Virus record (IMG/VR): IMGVR_UViG_3300046542_000291
Location: 62,001-126,000 of that record
Length of the DNA stretch: 64,000 nt
Reading direction: 5' to 3' (one strand)
Positions 44,001-53,452 of the stretch are shown here, in pieces. The notes below the pieces were generated by a model. The model saw only the letters and a program-made list of their open reading frames with translations, was not told where the DNA came from and did no database searches. A program made the position numbers and the translations under genes. Position 1 is the first letter of the stretch; every line of letters begins with the position of its first letter.

Positions 44001-45344
44001 TTAGATCCCGTTGGCACCACACGACTTCAGTACGGACTGAAGGGTGGCATTGGTGGTTGACCCGCGTTCAAAGATTGCAATGCGGAAGTGTTTGCTCAGC
44101 TCGGTGAGTACATCATCCAGCTTGGTAGCCGGATAGAGATTGTTGCCACCGTCTGGGAGTTGCTGCATGAACACGGCGTCCTCTTTGATCCCCACGCCGC
44201 CGACCAGATAATTACAGATCTGTTGCACGAGGGCCGTTTTACCGGAGTGAGGAGCCGCGACGATTGCGATGTTGGTGACGCCATGTGCGAGGTCGCGGAC
44301 GGGGGCTGGATAGACGCGCATGGCTTCGTCCAAAGGGAGTGGGCGTGCCGGATCTACCGAGAATCGCTGAACGATACGGTGCTCACTCACAATGTACTCT
44401 TTGGTGGGAACATAGTTCTTCACCGATTCCATCAGAGCATCACGACCCATCAAGCCAATGTCAGCTTGCAGATCCTGGGCCACTACTTCAAAACCAGCGT
44501 CGCTCAGCATGTGTGCCAGCTTCGCCGACAAAGCCGTTTTACCCGAACCCGTTTCACCGGTGATGATGATAGCCACTTGTTGCTTTTCTTTTGGCTTCTC
44601 TTCAACCACACGTCGCGCCACTGGAGCAGCCAACGCACGGATTTGCATCCGACTGACCTGAACAAGGCCAGCCGACATGACGAACGGATCGCTACCACTG
44701 TAGAGCAGGATCAAATCACCCGCTTCCATCTTGCGCCCACGGGGCTCACCACCTGGATGACTCGCCGGTGGATGCCCACCATTGAAGTACCACACACCTT
44801 CCCATTGTGTCAACGTTTTCGAATCGACCCAGTTGGTAAATGTAGCCACAGCGTTGGTAGTAACACCAATACCCACATGGCCTTCTTCGTCGTTGAAGTA
44901 GACACCTTCATAGGAATGCTCCAGTGCGTCAGTGATTTTGATAGCCGTGTGATTAGCACGCTTGTCTTCTGGCGAAGTGATCGAGAACTTGGCGTTAGCC
45001 CTTGAACGACTGTAGTGTTCTGGATCACCGTCGGGCTCACTGAGGATCAACACATCCCCAACATAAACCTGGATGTTTCGGGTGGACCCCTGACTGTTGA
45101 TGAGGCGGGCGTATACGCTGAACTCACGCCCGCCATGGAGGGCAAAGAACTCCAGACGATAGACTTTCTGCAACACAGCAAACAGCGCTTCAGCCGCAGC
45201 GCTGGTGTATGCCAGTTCCACCACCGCTTTACCCTCAAACACCGAGACGGCTTTGATGAGTGCCCCTTCCATCGTTACAGCTTTGGCGTCAGATGGACGA
45301 TGCTGTTCGATGCGGATACACGGAAACTTAATTGGGTTTTGCAT
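44001..45344 (-). CDS. multidomain protein with two short P-loop domains
   Basis: GETGSGKT and AAPHSGKT. Confidence 0.8.
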   Translation of the reverse strand: MQNPIKFPCIRIEQHRPSDAKAVTMEGALIKAVSVFEGKAVVELAYTSAAAEALFAVLQKVYRLEFFALHGGREFSVYARLINSQGSTRNIQVYVGDVLILSEPDGDPEHYSRSRANAKFSITSPEDKRANHTAIKITDALEHSYEGVYFNDEEGHVGIGVTTNAVATFTNWVDSKTLTQWEGVWYFNGGHPPASHPGGEPRGRKMEAGDLILLYSGSDPFVMSAGLVQVSRMQIRALAAPVARRVVEEKPKEKQQVAIIITGETGSGKTALSAKLAHMLSDAGFEVVAQDLQADIGLMGRDALMESVKNYVPTKEYIVSEHRIVQRFSVDPARPLPLDEAMRVYPAPVRDLAHGVTNIAIVAAPHSGKTALVQQICNYLVGGVGIKEDAVFMQQLPDGGNNLYPATKLDDVLTELSKHFRIAIFERGSTTNATLQSVLKSCGANGI

Positions 45345-45370
45345 GGATCACCTTGTTAAGGAATGAATGG

Positions 45371-46174
45371 TTACTCGGCAGCTTTCAATTCACTACCAGG
45401 TTCGATTATGAGCCATCCGAACGTGTCCGTGCGGAGATCTTCTGTGTCGCGTCTTGCGCCATTGAATGGATTGTAGAACCAGGCAACCGTAGGGAATGTG
45501 CACCGGAAGATATCTACGGTCCAGCCACTGTCCATCTTCGATCCAGTGTGTGGATGAAAGGCAAGCTTAGCCCCATGGATATCGCGCTTCTCCGGATAGA
45601 TCTTACCGCCGTTGGCAACGATTTCCTCACGCTTGCATTTCTTCATGAGGTCGTTGAAAGGCATGCCCGAGTCGGCGGCGCAGATACGTACGTCGACAAC
45701 AATACCGCGTTCCACCAGGCGTTGAATTTGATCAACCACACGCACTTCGGTGTAGTCGATATTCAAATCATCGTCAAGTGAAGTAATGATGATGCGTGCT
45801 GGATCAACGTCGAGTTTCATCAACTCCAGCTTAACGTACTCCATAAGAGTACTCTTGCCAGTATTTGGTAATCCGATCGAGAAGAGACTCATCTGACTGC
45901 GAACTGACGGCTGCAACACCACCGATGGACGGATACGGTGATCCGGTTTGTCAACGTCAGCCTGGAACAGCCCCATCGACAAACCATGTTCGCTGAACCG
46001 GAAGTTCATCCCGCGCAAACGACCCATGTCAGCGATGTTCTCATCCCCGATCGCAGTTACGCCGAAATTGACGGTCAAACCTGCTTCACGCAGCTTCTTG
46101 GTGATCCAGGCAGCGAAGTGACCTTTACCATGGCCAACATGTGCGCTAATGATCAACGTTACTTTATTTTCCAT
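45371..46174 (-). CDS. protein with two short P-loop domains
   Basis: AHVGHGKG and GLPNTGKS. Confidence 0.8.
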   Translation of the reverse strand: MENKVTLIISAHVGHGKGHFAAWITKKLREAGLTVNFGVTAIGDENIADMGRLRGMNFRFSEHGLSMGLFQADVDKPDHRIRPSVVLQPSVRSQMSLFSIGLPNTGKSTLMEYVKLELMKLDVDPARIIITSLDDDLNIDYTEVRVVDQIQRLVERGIVVDVRICAADSGMPFNDLMKKCKREEIVANGGKIYPEKRDIHGAKLAFHPHTGSKMDSGWTVDIFRCTFPTVAWFYNPFNGARRDTEDLRTDTFGWLIIEPGSELKAAE

Positions 46175-46193
46175 TTTGTATCTCCGACATAAG

Positions 46194-46211
46194 GCCTCCC
46201 CGAAGGGAGGC
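46194..46211 (-). terminator. cUUCGg hairpin terminator
   Basis: GCCTCCCTTCGGGGAGGC. Confidence 0.8.
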
Positions 46212-46218
46212 GGTACGT

Positions 46219-47592
46219 TTAAACTGCCACTGGAGCAGGGATATGGGGATGGCTATCGTAACCGACCAATTTAAAGTCGTTGATATCCATGTCCAGAACA
46301 TCACGCTTATTCGGATTTATCCAAATAGTGCACGGCTGTTTTGGTGTACGGGTTTGTTGCAGAGCCACCTGGTCCATGTGGTCCAGATAGATGTGGGCAT
46401 CACCAACTTGATGAATCAGTTCTTCAGCCCAGTAGTTGCACTCATGAGCCAACAGGTGAGTGAGAATCGAGTACTGGGTGAGATTGAAGGGCGCGCCCAA
46501 AAAGATGTCATTGGAACGCATCCAGAACAAACACTTCAATGCACGACGTGGAACCTTCATGCTGTCGAGGTCGAGGTGTTGTTCCTCTTCGGTGCGGTCA
46601 GGAAAGCGGAGCATCTTGCTGAGGTTCATGTACATACCGTACAGAGGCTCCTCAGGATGGTCTGCTGCCTGTTTGTAGATCTCGGCCTGGTGACGATCAT
46701 GGATCTTGTCGTAGATCGCCCAGCGCTCTTCCAGGGACAGCACACGGGTCCAGAACTGAACCATGGCATGGCATGGCGGCAGGGCTTGTTGATCCACGTA
46801 AGCCGGATTCCAGAAACACAGAATGTGACGTCGGGAGTCAGGGCTGTTCTTCAGCGAGTGCTGCAGATCTTTAAACTGGTCGATGGTTCGGGTAATGATG
46901 AACTTACCCTTGTTCCGGCAAAGCTTCTTGTAACCCAGCTTCTGCATCTCCGGCCATTCTTTTGGCGAGATAACGCGGGTGTCTTCCAGGTTACGGATCA
47001 TCTTGCCGTAAACGTGACCCAGAGGACCTTCAGTCACTTCCTGGTCGGAAATACCAATGTGGCGGAAGAAGTCCTTCCACAACGGATGTTCCTTGTCATC
47101 GTGCATTGCCTGGGCATTGTCCGTCGACGTCTCGATCAAATAGTTCGGGATCATCTTGTCGCTACCAGGCACTTCAGTGTAGTTGACGTAAGAATGAAAC
47201 TTCTCGCCAACATTACCAAAGTGAATACCCGCAGGATAACCCTTCAGTTCGATCTCACCCCAACCGAAGTGCTTGCGCTTGTATTGCTTGCGCATTTCAG
47301 CCGCAGTACGAGGACGGTACTTGGCCCCTTCTGGCTTGACCCAGTCATCCCAGATGCCACAGTTGTTGTCTTTCAGGTACTTGACGTTGGTGTCGCCGGA
47401 GAGCACCCACTTGAGTTCGACCTTGTTGTCGTTCTCAGGTACGAACTTTGTCGTTGGTCTGGCTACGGTCCAGTCGGAGATGTCGTAGCGATGCATGGCG
47501 CCGAAGCTGGAGATCGTTCCTGTATTGGTCCGGTCCCCCTTGGCCACGCCGTGCTTCAAAGTGTTTTCCTGGTACTGAAGGTATTGATGCAT
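46219..47592 (-). CDS. thyA: thymidylate synthase (ThyA) with large insertions
   Basis: DRTNTGT, IWDDW, LGHVYG, PDSRR, ALPPCH, RSNDIFLGAPFN, GDAHIYLDH, C-terminal PVAV. Confidence 0.95.
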   Translation of the reverse strand: MHQYLQYQENTLKHGVAKGDRTNTGTISSFGAMHRYDISDWTVARPTTKFVPENDNKVELKWVLSGDTNVKYLKDNNCGIWDDWVKPEGAKYRPRTAAEMRKQYKRKHFGWGEIELKGYPAGIHFGNVGEKFHSYVNYTEVPGSDKMIPNYLIETSTDNAQAMHDDKEHPLWKDFFRHIGISDQEVTEGPLGHVYGKMIRNLEDTRVISPKEWPEMQKLGYKKLCRNKGKFIITRTIDQFKDLQHSLKNSPDSRRHILCFWNPAYVDQQALPPCHAMVQFWTRVLSLEERWAIYDKIHDRHQAEIYKQAADHPEEPLYGMYMNLSKMLRFPDRTEEEQHLDLDSMKVPRRALKCLFWMRSNDIFLGAPFNLTQYSILTHLLAHECNYWAEELIHQVGDAHIYLDHMDQVALQQTRTPKQPCTIWINPNKRDVLDMDINDFKLVGYDSHPHIPAPVAV

Positions 47593-47899
47593 CGTATTTC
47601 CCTAGTAGTTCTGTAACAGCAAAATTGGAATTGCGGAGGCTATACGAATTGATGAGTGCACCCAAGGCAGCAGCCATCGACACTTGATCCGGTAGCCCAA
47701 TGAAACCTTTTGGTGCCTCCATCAACCAAGGCCTGACGCGCCTGAAAGGAGGCATGCAATAAAAGCCATCGATGTCTGTGTAAGGCTTAGGGGCCTCAAG
47801 GCAACGATAACTGATAAGGTACTTCTTTACAGGACCAGGTAAGGCCCACGGGGTTTGTCGCCGTTCATAGCACATCGCGGCACCTTTAAACGAAGCCAC
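47435..47899 (-). CDS. hypothetical protein (overlaps thyA 5' end)
   Basis: only ORF covering 47593-47885; 158-nt overlap makes its 3' part doubtful. Confidence 0.45.
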   Translation of the reverse strand: MASFKGAAMCYERRQTPWALPGPVKKYLISYRCLEAPKPYTDIDGFYCMPPFRRVRPWLMEAPKGFIGLPDQVSMAAALGALINSYSLRNSNFAVTELLGKYDASIPSVPGKHFEARRGQGGPDQYRNDLQLRRHASLRHLRLDRSQTNDKVRT

Positions 47900-48458
47900 C
47901 TACCTGCAGGACGGCGTAGGGGATGATGATTGCTTCTGGGTCCATACCCGAACGCTCGAAGTACAACAGCGCTGGGAAGTCATGGTCCTTCGGAATCGTA
48001 GCCAAACTACCCGGCAGATTAGCGTCGTCAAACGCTTGGTCCAGACCAATACGGTCATTGACCCGATAAGTCCATGGAGCCATCTTGATGAAGTGGACTT
48101 TCTTTGGAGTTTCCACTTCCAGGTCCATCGCCAGGGTTGCCCCTTTTGGCAGTGGCCGAAGCTTGGTCAGCAACCAGGTACCCAGATGAAGATCCAGGGT
48201 CAGGTAAGCTGCCATCTGATCACCGTCAGCGAAACGCTGGAAGATGGTCACAGTAAAGCGTCCGTCGGCGCTTGTAGTGCCACCACGGACGTAATAGTCA
48301 TTGGAGGCCAGTGGCATGCCACGAAGATAAACGCCAGCCTCTGAGAGCTTCACAGACTTGTCACGGATACCATCAACACCAGCGGACGCATCCAGTGGCA
48401 TAGAAACTTGTAAAGTGCGCGCTTTGGTAGTGGCGTCGCATTCAGTGCAGCAAGCCAT
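47886..48458 (-). CDS. hypothetical protein, beta-rich paralog family
   Basis: start moved to MACCT (AGGAGG RBS); MAAYLTLDLHLGTW. Confidence 0.75.
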   Translation of the reverse strand: MACCTECDATTKARTLQVSMPLDASAGVDGIRDKSVKLSEAGVYLRGMPLASNDYYVRGGTTSADGRFTVTIFQRFADGDQMAAYLTLDLHLGTWLLTKLRPLPKGATLAMDLEVETPKKVHFIKMAPWTYRVNDRIGLDQAFDDANLPGSLATIPKDHDFPALLYFERSGMDPEAIIIPYAVLQVGGFV

Positions 48459-48512
48459 TGGGGCCTCCTTGCTAAAAGAAAAGGATGAAAGGGGGAGCCA
48501 GGCTCCCCGCAT

Positions 48513-49253
48513 TCAATATTTGCCGTGGATGTGGAAGATCAAGCTGATGTTCTCATCGTGACGCAGAGCGATCAGGCCGTGTTCCAGTTCGTAGGTTTGC
48601 TTGTCCATGTCGAATGTGATGAACGTGTGGTCCATCGCAGCGTCGATACGGAAGCGCGCTTTACGTGCATCATCGCTGGCAACCGGAACAACCTGGATGT
48701 CATTGATCAGCGTGGTGCCTTCAAAGACACCTGTCGCCGTAACACGTTCGATAGTAGCTTGCTCATGGGGCTCGATGAAACGAGTTTCCCCCACCAGCAC
48801 ACTGCCGTCGATGGTGAGCTGCCGACGCAGTTCGTCATTGCCGCGATTCTCTGGCAACCGCATGGGTTCCAGGATGAGGTTGACCTGTGCGGTCTTTGGT
48901 CCGTTGTGCATTTGGTTGATGTTCTCGCTTGGTTCCACTTCTACCAACTTTTCCGGGAAGCATGCGCTAACACTAATGCACATCTCGACACCATGTATAT
49001 TGAATACATAGTTGTCTTTTGCAAACCAGGCACTCTCCGACTTATGAATCACATCGGGGTAAATTGGATCGTCGAACATGTTCAGGAAGGTGACTCCCGA
49101 AAGGCCGGTAATGATCCAGCCCTCGGGAATGTTACTGGTGTTGACAACGGCACCGTCACGGGTAATGTCTACCGGGTAGGTGACCAACTGAGCCAGCAGG
49201 TTGGTGTGTGGGTGATACACAACATCAAGACGGTGGTTCTCGGGCTCTTGCAT
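48513..49253 (-). CDS. hypothetical protein, beta-rich paralog family
   Basis: TFITFDMDKQTYEL. Confidence 0.8.
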   Translation of the reverse strand: MQEPENHRLDVVYHPHTNLLAQLVTYPVDITRDGAVVNTSNIPEGWIITGLSGVTFLNMFDDPIYPDVIHKSESAWFAKDNYVFNIHGVEMCISVSACFPEKLVEVEPSENINQMHNGPKTAQVNLILEPMRLPENRGNDELRRQLTIDGSVLVGETRFIEPHEQATIERVTATGVFEGTTLINDIQVVPVASDDARKARFRIDAAMDHTFITFDMDKQTYELEHGLIALRHDENISLIFHIHGKY

Positions 49254-49963
49254 CAGTCGAGTCTCGGTTTGAGGAAGATGGCTTTCGCCGCCCCCACGGC
49301 TTGAATGTGATCGAACAGAGCGCTGTTGCCAACGTTCTGCAAGACCTGCAGTTGTTCTTCGTTGATGGGTGAACCATTCCAGTTGAACCCAGCACGATCC
49401 TTGATGTCCCAGAAGGTTTCCAGGAGACGGTTAGGGATCAAATGCACACAGTGAATAGTAAGCACTTTCTCCGTGGTCGGAAAACGACGAAGGTAGTTGG
49501 TATCCTGCGCATGGAGCGTAGTCCCCACAACAATGGTTTCTACGTTCTCTTCCAACACATTAAGAGGAGTCTCGTAAAACTCCCCACCGCGTGTTTCGTA
49601 CCGACAGCGATAACTGGCCAAAACGTCTTTGTTAACGTAACGGATGTAGTCCTGGATCGGGGTTCCCGTTCCGTCATCCATGGTGCTCTTGGCCTGGATT
49701 TCTTCGGTCGTGTTCAGCGCCATGCGCAGCACGTCGAATGTGTCTTGGCCGGTCATGGTGATAGCCGTGAAGGCGAACTGAATTTTGACGAGTTCCTTGG
49801 AATCTTTGAACGCATCTTCCGGCGCATACAGAATGTGCTGGGCGAAGGTGTCTTGGATTTCGTAGATTTCGCTATCGTTCATCGACACCTCCTTCGTCAG
49901 GCGTGCCAAGTTCAGGAATTCACCAACAGGATTATTGCGAATCCCAGCGAAGAGTTCAATCAT
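49253..49963 (-). CDS. hypothetical protein
   Basis: coupled ORF. Confidence 0.8.
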   Translation of the reverse strand: MIELFAGIRNNPVGEFLNLARLTKEVSMNDSEIYEIQDTFAQHILYAPEDAFKDSKELVKIQFAFTAITMTGQDTFDVLRMALNTTEEIQAKSTMDDGTGTPIQDYIRYVNKDVLASYRCRYETRGGEFYETPLNVLEENVETIVVGTTLHAQDTNYLRRFPTTEKVLTIHCVHLIPNRLLETFWDIKDRAGFNWNGSPINEEQLQVLQNVGNSALFDHIQAVGAAKAIFLKPRLD

Positions 49964-50727
49964 TGTTTACCGCCTTGAAGGAGGGTGAGTTTAGGGGGAC
50001 CCTTATAACGCGAAGGGCCTTTGAATACAGGGGTGGTTGGAAGATCACCGAAGTCCAGCAATGGGCTTGGCATTTCCAGAGCCGCGGAGAGGAAGTCTTC
50101 TTCCGTCCCAGTGAAGCCTTTTGCACGGGCCAGGTCGTAAGCCGACATGTGGTCACCCTTCGAGGCAACCTGCGTAGTGCGTTCTTCGAGCGATGGACGC
50201 TTCATCAACGCATCCCGCACCTGACCAGCCTTTTCACGGAAAGTCGCAGTGAACTTTTTCGGATAAACGTCGTTCGCTGCACCCGGTCCCATGAACGGTG
50301 GGTTACCAATGTCGTCTTTCTGCTCCGGGGTGAATACCGGAAACAGGTCCAGCGGAATACCACCGTTGTTAGCCATCATCTCCAGTTCCGCTTCCACCCC
50401 AGGGAACGGCGCCAGAGTTGTGTGCATTTCGTCCAGTGGAACTTGAACGGCCAGCAGAGAATGCCAAGGGGCTTCCACCTGTTGTACGACACCACCAGAT
50501 TTGCAGCTGAAACTGAAACCTTCGTCGGTGTACTTCAGGTCACGAATGGCCTGCATCGACATGTTGATTACAGAAACCCCGGTGTCATCACAGACGGAGT
50601 TCAGGTATGCGTTGTCGGAATCCCAGGCACGAATCACTACGTTCATGCGCCCGAAACCGTTCTCACCAAACCACTCGTAAAAAGCGTTCAGGATGACGTG
50701 GTTCAGCGAGGTCAAAGGCTTGCTCAT
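49960..50727 (-). CDS. sspB: SspB-like ClpXP adaptor
   Basis: ILNAFYEWFGEN...VINMSMQAIRDL...FSFSCKSGGV...PWHSLLAV parallels SspB LRAFYEWLLDN...VLNIAPRAVGNL...FNARFGG...PLAAVLAI; low-complexity linker; C-terminal PKLTLLQGGK. Confidence 0.75.
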   Translation of the reverse strand: MSKPLTSLNHVILNAFYEWFGENGFGRMNVVIRAWDSDNAYLNSVCDDTGVSVINMSMQAIRDLKYTDEGFSFSCKSGGVVQQVEAPWHSLLAVQVPLDEMHTTLAPFPGVEAELEMMANNGGIPLDLFPVFTPEQKDDIGNPPFMGPGAANDVYPKKFTATFREKAGQVRDALMKRPSLEERTTQVASKGDHMSAYDLARAKGFTGTEEDFLSAALEMPSPLLDFGDLPTTPVFKGPSRYKGPPKLTLLQGGKQ

Positions 50728-50739
50728 GTTTACTCCTAG

Positions 50740-50988
50740 TTAGTTATGTTCTTCAACTGTAGGCTCAAGAATCCACTTGAAGGGAATACCGAGTCTATCG
50801 ACGTACCCCAAAAGGGTTTCCAAACGTACAGCCCCGTCTTCGCGGTTTACTTTGAGGCGGCTATAAGTCTCCCTGCTAATGCAGAGAAGACTGGCCATTT
50901 GCTTGCCGTACAGGCGGTGCTTCTTTTGGTAACTAAACACGGCATCGATCAGCATCTGCTTCACTGCCGGGATTTGGTCACTCAACAT
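50740..50988 (-). CDS. XRE-type helix-turn-helix protein
   Basis: GKQMASLLCISRETYSRL...LETLLGYVDRLG. Confidence 0.7.
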   Translation of the reverse strand: MLSDQIPAVKQMLIDAVFSYQKKHRLYGKQMASLLCISRETYSRLKVNREDGAVRLETLLGYVDRLGIPFKWILEPTVEEHN

Positions 50989-51029
50989 ATTTGGAACCCC
51001 AGTATATTTACGAGATTGTATTCAACGTT

Positions 51030-51038
51030 GTAATGTAG
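51030..51038 (-). promoter_or_regulatory. early promoter variant (CTACATTAC)
   Basis: one mismatch; upstream TTCAAG context; precedes HTH-sspB operon. Confidence 0.6.
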
Positions 51039-51055
51039 ACTTGAAACTTTTTGCG

Positions 51056-51151
51056 TTAATTCTTGCGGAACAGGCCCAACATACCGGCGACAGCGCCGAG
51101 CATAATGAGGCTACCGATAGCCATCAGACCGTATTGAAAGAAGTCGTGCAT
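51056..51151 (-). CDS. 31-aa single-TM peptide
   Basis: MHDFFQYGLMAIGSLIMLGAVAGMLGLFRKN. Confidence 0.5.
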   Translation of the reverse strand: MHDFFQYGLMAIGSLIMLGAVAGMLGLFRKN

Positions 51152-51154
51152 TGT

Positions 51155-51316
51155 TCACCCGATTGGATAATGGAAGAGGCCGAAGATACCGGCCAAGGTT
51201 AGGACAACCCCGAGAACGTAAACGTCACCGCCGGGGTATTTGTATGGGTTAAAGCAGCCATTCAGGACGACACACAGTACACCCGCAAAGAAGCAGACCA
51301 ATGAAAGCTGGAACAT
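51155..51316 (-). CDS. 53-aa 2-TM peptide
   Basis: MFQLSLVCFFAGVLCVVL...VLGVVLTLAGIFGLF. Confidence 0.5.
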   Translation of the reverse strand: MFQLSLVCFFAGVLCVVLNGCFNPYKYPGGDVYVLGVVLTLAGIFGLFHYPIG

Positions 51317-51510
51317 TCGATATTCACCAAGTAGCCCGAGATAGCGAAGAGGGCAACAGCCGCCCCCATCAAGTAATAAGAGAACGTTCGTAATTCTTTT
51401 AGTTCGTTACGCCCATCATCTCCGTGAGAAGTTACTACCCAGAAGACCATCCCGAAACACAGGCAGATTACCCCGGTGGAAAACATTAGAGCTGTCCAGT
51501 TAATATCCAT
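51262..51510 (-). CDS. small 2-TM membrane protein
   Basis: AGGAG RBS; two hydrophobic segments. Confidence 0.7.
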   Translation of the reverse strand: MDINWTALMFSTGVICLCFGMVFWVVTSHGDDGRNELKELRTFSYYLMGAAVALFAISGYLVNIECSSFHWSASLRVYCVSS

Positions 51511-51536
51511 GTTTAGTCTCTAATAAGCGACATAAC

Positions 51537-51554
51537 GCCTCCCCGGAGGGAGGC
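51537..51554 (-). terminator. hairpin terminator (UCCG loop variant)
   Basis: GCCTCCCTCCGGGGAGGC. Confidence 0.8.
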
Positions 51555-51561
51555 TTATGTT

Positions 51562-51909
51562 TCAGTATGTCAAAACCACAGCCTTGCCGTAGTCGTTCAT
51601 CATGCAGGAATTGTACGACGCCATGTAGGTGTCCATTGGGGAAAGTTTGTTATTCCACACTGGATCGACGTCTTGGATTACTTTAGGAAGAACACTGTAA
51701 AGAACGTTATCTTTATTCTTCACAACGTAGCCCTTGAGAGCCTGGAGATTTTTACGCCAAGACTCTTCAGTCTCGCCGCGCTGCTTTGCTTCCGTGGTAG
51801 CCTTGGTCATTAGCGCCAAGCCTTCACAGTAGTTCAGATCAGCCATCACCGCTGTAGCCATTGCTTGCATTGGAACTGAGAACAGAACCAGTACAACCAA
51901 AAGCCGCAT
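51562..51909 (-). CDS. secreted protein (signal peptide, Cys pair)
   Basis: MRLLVVLVLFSVPMQAMA; similar layout to 24606 and 25096; start uncertain. Confidence 0.7.
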   Translation of the reverse strand: MRLLVVLVLFSVPMQAMATAVMADLNYCEGLALMTKATTEAKQRGETEESWRKNLQALKGYVVKNKDNVLYSVLPKVIQDVDPVWNNKLSPMDTYMASYNSCMMNDYGKAVVLTY

Positions 51910-51968
51910 TACGTGTGTTAAACATTGCATCACGTTGTACCTTGGTTGAGGGATCAGAATATAGGACA

Positions 51969-52469
51969 CTACTCGGAGTCTTCACCGGACATATAGAAGA
52001 GAGCATTGTTGTGATTAAACCCATCGGTAGCGACACGGAAGATGTAACTCAACCGACTTATTCCGTCACCAATGTAGTCGTATGCGCTGATGCCACAATA
52101 GAGCCGGTTAGGGTTCTTGGCATCCAATGTACTCACCAACGAGTCGATGTACTCCATGGCGGGCACAAAGCCAAACGTTTTCTCGTCCTGTCTCCAAGAG
52201 TCATTCGTTAGGCTGGTAATGTACCGTTCCGTGACGTCATCGCTTTGATCTTGACAGAAGCCTGCAACCGCAGACAAGATGTATAGATCGGGATCGAGGT
52301 CCATGTGTGCATACGTTTCATTAAACGCGTACAACCACTCACCTTTCTCAGCAATGATCTTTTCTAACCACCCGTGTTCAGCCGTACCATTAACGACAAC
52401 GTCTGTAAAGAGCTCAGGGCAAGCTGCCGCAAGATACTCTTTACGAATAATGCGAAACCGTTGAGCCAT
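51969..52469 (-). CDS. hypothetical protein
   Basis: ORF in gene train. Confidence 0.75.
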   Translation of the reverse strand: MAQRFRIIRKEYLAAACPELFTDVVVNGTAEHGWLEKIIAEKGEWLYAFNETYAHMDLDPDLYILSAVAGFCQDQSDDVTERYITSLTNDSWRQDEKTFGFVPAMEYIDSLVSTLDAKNPNRLYCGISAYDYIGDGISRLSYIFRVATDGFNHNNALFYMSGEDSE

Positions 52470-52471
52470 TA

Positions 52472-52630
52472 TTATTGTCCCAGTGAACAGAGTTGTTTAC
52501 ACTCCGACACTTGTTTAGCCAGCTTCTGCAAAAGATCAGCCTGGTTGTTCGTGAGTTCCTTAAGTTCAAGGACCTCTTCTTCCAACTTGGCAATACGCTC
52601 TTCTTTCTTTGCTTTCTCTGGACAGCCCAT
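52472..52630 (-). CDS. 52-aa coiled-coil protein
   Basis: MGCPEKAKKEERIAKLEEEVLELKEL...; GGAG RBS. Confidence 0.6.
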   Translation of the reverse strand: MGCPEKAKKEERIAKLEEEVLELKELTNNQADLLQKLAKQVSECKQLCSLGQ

Positions 52631-52643
52631 AGGGATTCTCCGA

Positions 52644-53060
52644 CTAGATATTTAACCGATAATTCCAGTCCCCGTGATGGGTACCGTTATTAAAGGCTTC
52701 GATCTGATGCGGCTCCATACCTGTCGCGTGCAGGTGGAACGTCATGTTCAAGCGACGGGTCATGTACCGCTCCGACAACTCTACCGCATAAGTGTCGTCA
52801 TTGCAGTTAATGGTTACCTTCGCCACGTGGATGGGTTTCATCTTGCACGACTTATCCCAGATGTCAAAAACCTTAATGTCCTCGTACCGATCCAACTTGG
52901 GAACAATACGAAAAGCAAAAATGGGAACTTCGTTCACACCACTCACTCGGTCTGGTGTAATCCAAACCGGATGGCCAATGTGCTTCTGACAGAATCCACG
53001 GATACTGTCATTGAGGTCTCCCTTCACCCCACTGTACAAGGGAAGATGAACGACGATCAT
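52644..53060 (-). CDS. hypothetical protein, beta-rich paralog family
   Basis: VFDIWD...HVAKVTINCNDDTYAV. Confidence 0.75.
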   Translation of the reverse strand: MIVVHLPLYSGVKGDLNDSIRGFCQKHIGHPVWITPDRVSGVNEVPIFAFRIVPKLDRYEDIKVFDIWDKSCKMKPIHVAKVTINCNDDTYAVELSERYMTRRLNMTFHLHATGMEPHQIEAFNNGTHHGDWNYRLNI

Positions 53061-53452
53061 ACAGCGATACTCCCTTGATACTGTTGCTTACCGAGTTCTT
53101 GAGTAATCTCCAAGACAGCGGTAAATGGGCGGGTCTTCTGGTTAGCCTTGGGTTTAACCCACCAATACTTTTTCTTCTGCATGTCGAACTCGAGTTCAAC
53201 CACAGGGGCATTGTCTTCCTCGTCGAAGAAGGTGAACACTGTACGGGCGGGTCGTTCAATAGGGACTTCCCGGTACCACTGAACCTTACTGACTTGTTGC
53301 ATGTCAGGTGGGTAAGCGGTAGCCAGGATGTCTACGGATTCAAAACTGGATAGCTTGTCCCCGTAATGGGCGAGGCTGATCGGGTACCCGGACTTGGAGA
53401 AGTCCAAGAGGTAGTTCAACGTCACCAGCGTTTTGAGAATCTTCGGTTCCAT
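53057..53452 (-). CDS. hypothetical protein, beta-rich paralog family
   Basis: VFTFFD...VVELEFDMQKKKYW. Confidence 0.75.
   Translation of the reverse strand: MEPKILKTLVTLNYLLDFSKSGYPISLAHYGDKLSSFESVDILATAYPPDMQQVSKVQWYREVPIERPARTVFTFFDEEDNAPVVELEFDMQKKKYWWVKPKANQKTRPFTAVLEITQELGKQQYQGSIAV

Noticed and set aside
46219-47592. Intein/intron in thyA, or dCMP hydroxymethylase
   Set aside because: Insertions are in frame without intein C/S...HN ends or stops; Asn in PFN indicates dUMP specificity
47435-47592. Functional dual-coding overlap or frameshift at the thyA start
   Set aside because: thyA has its own RBS; no slippery site seen; probably a late stop codon
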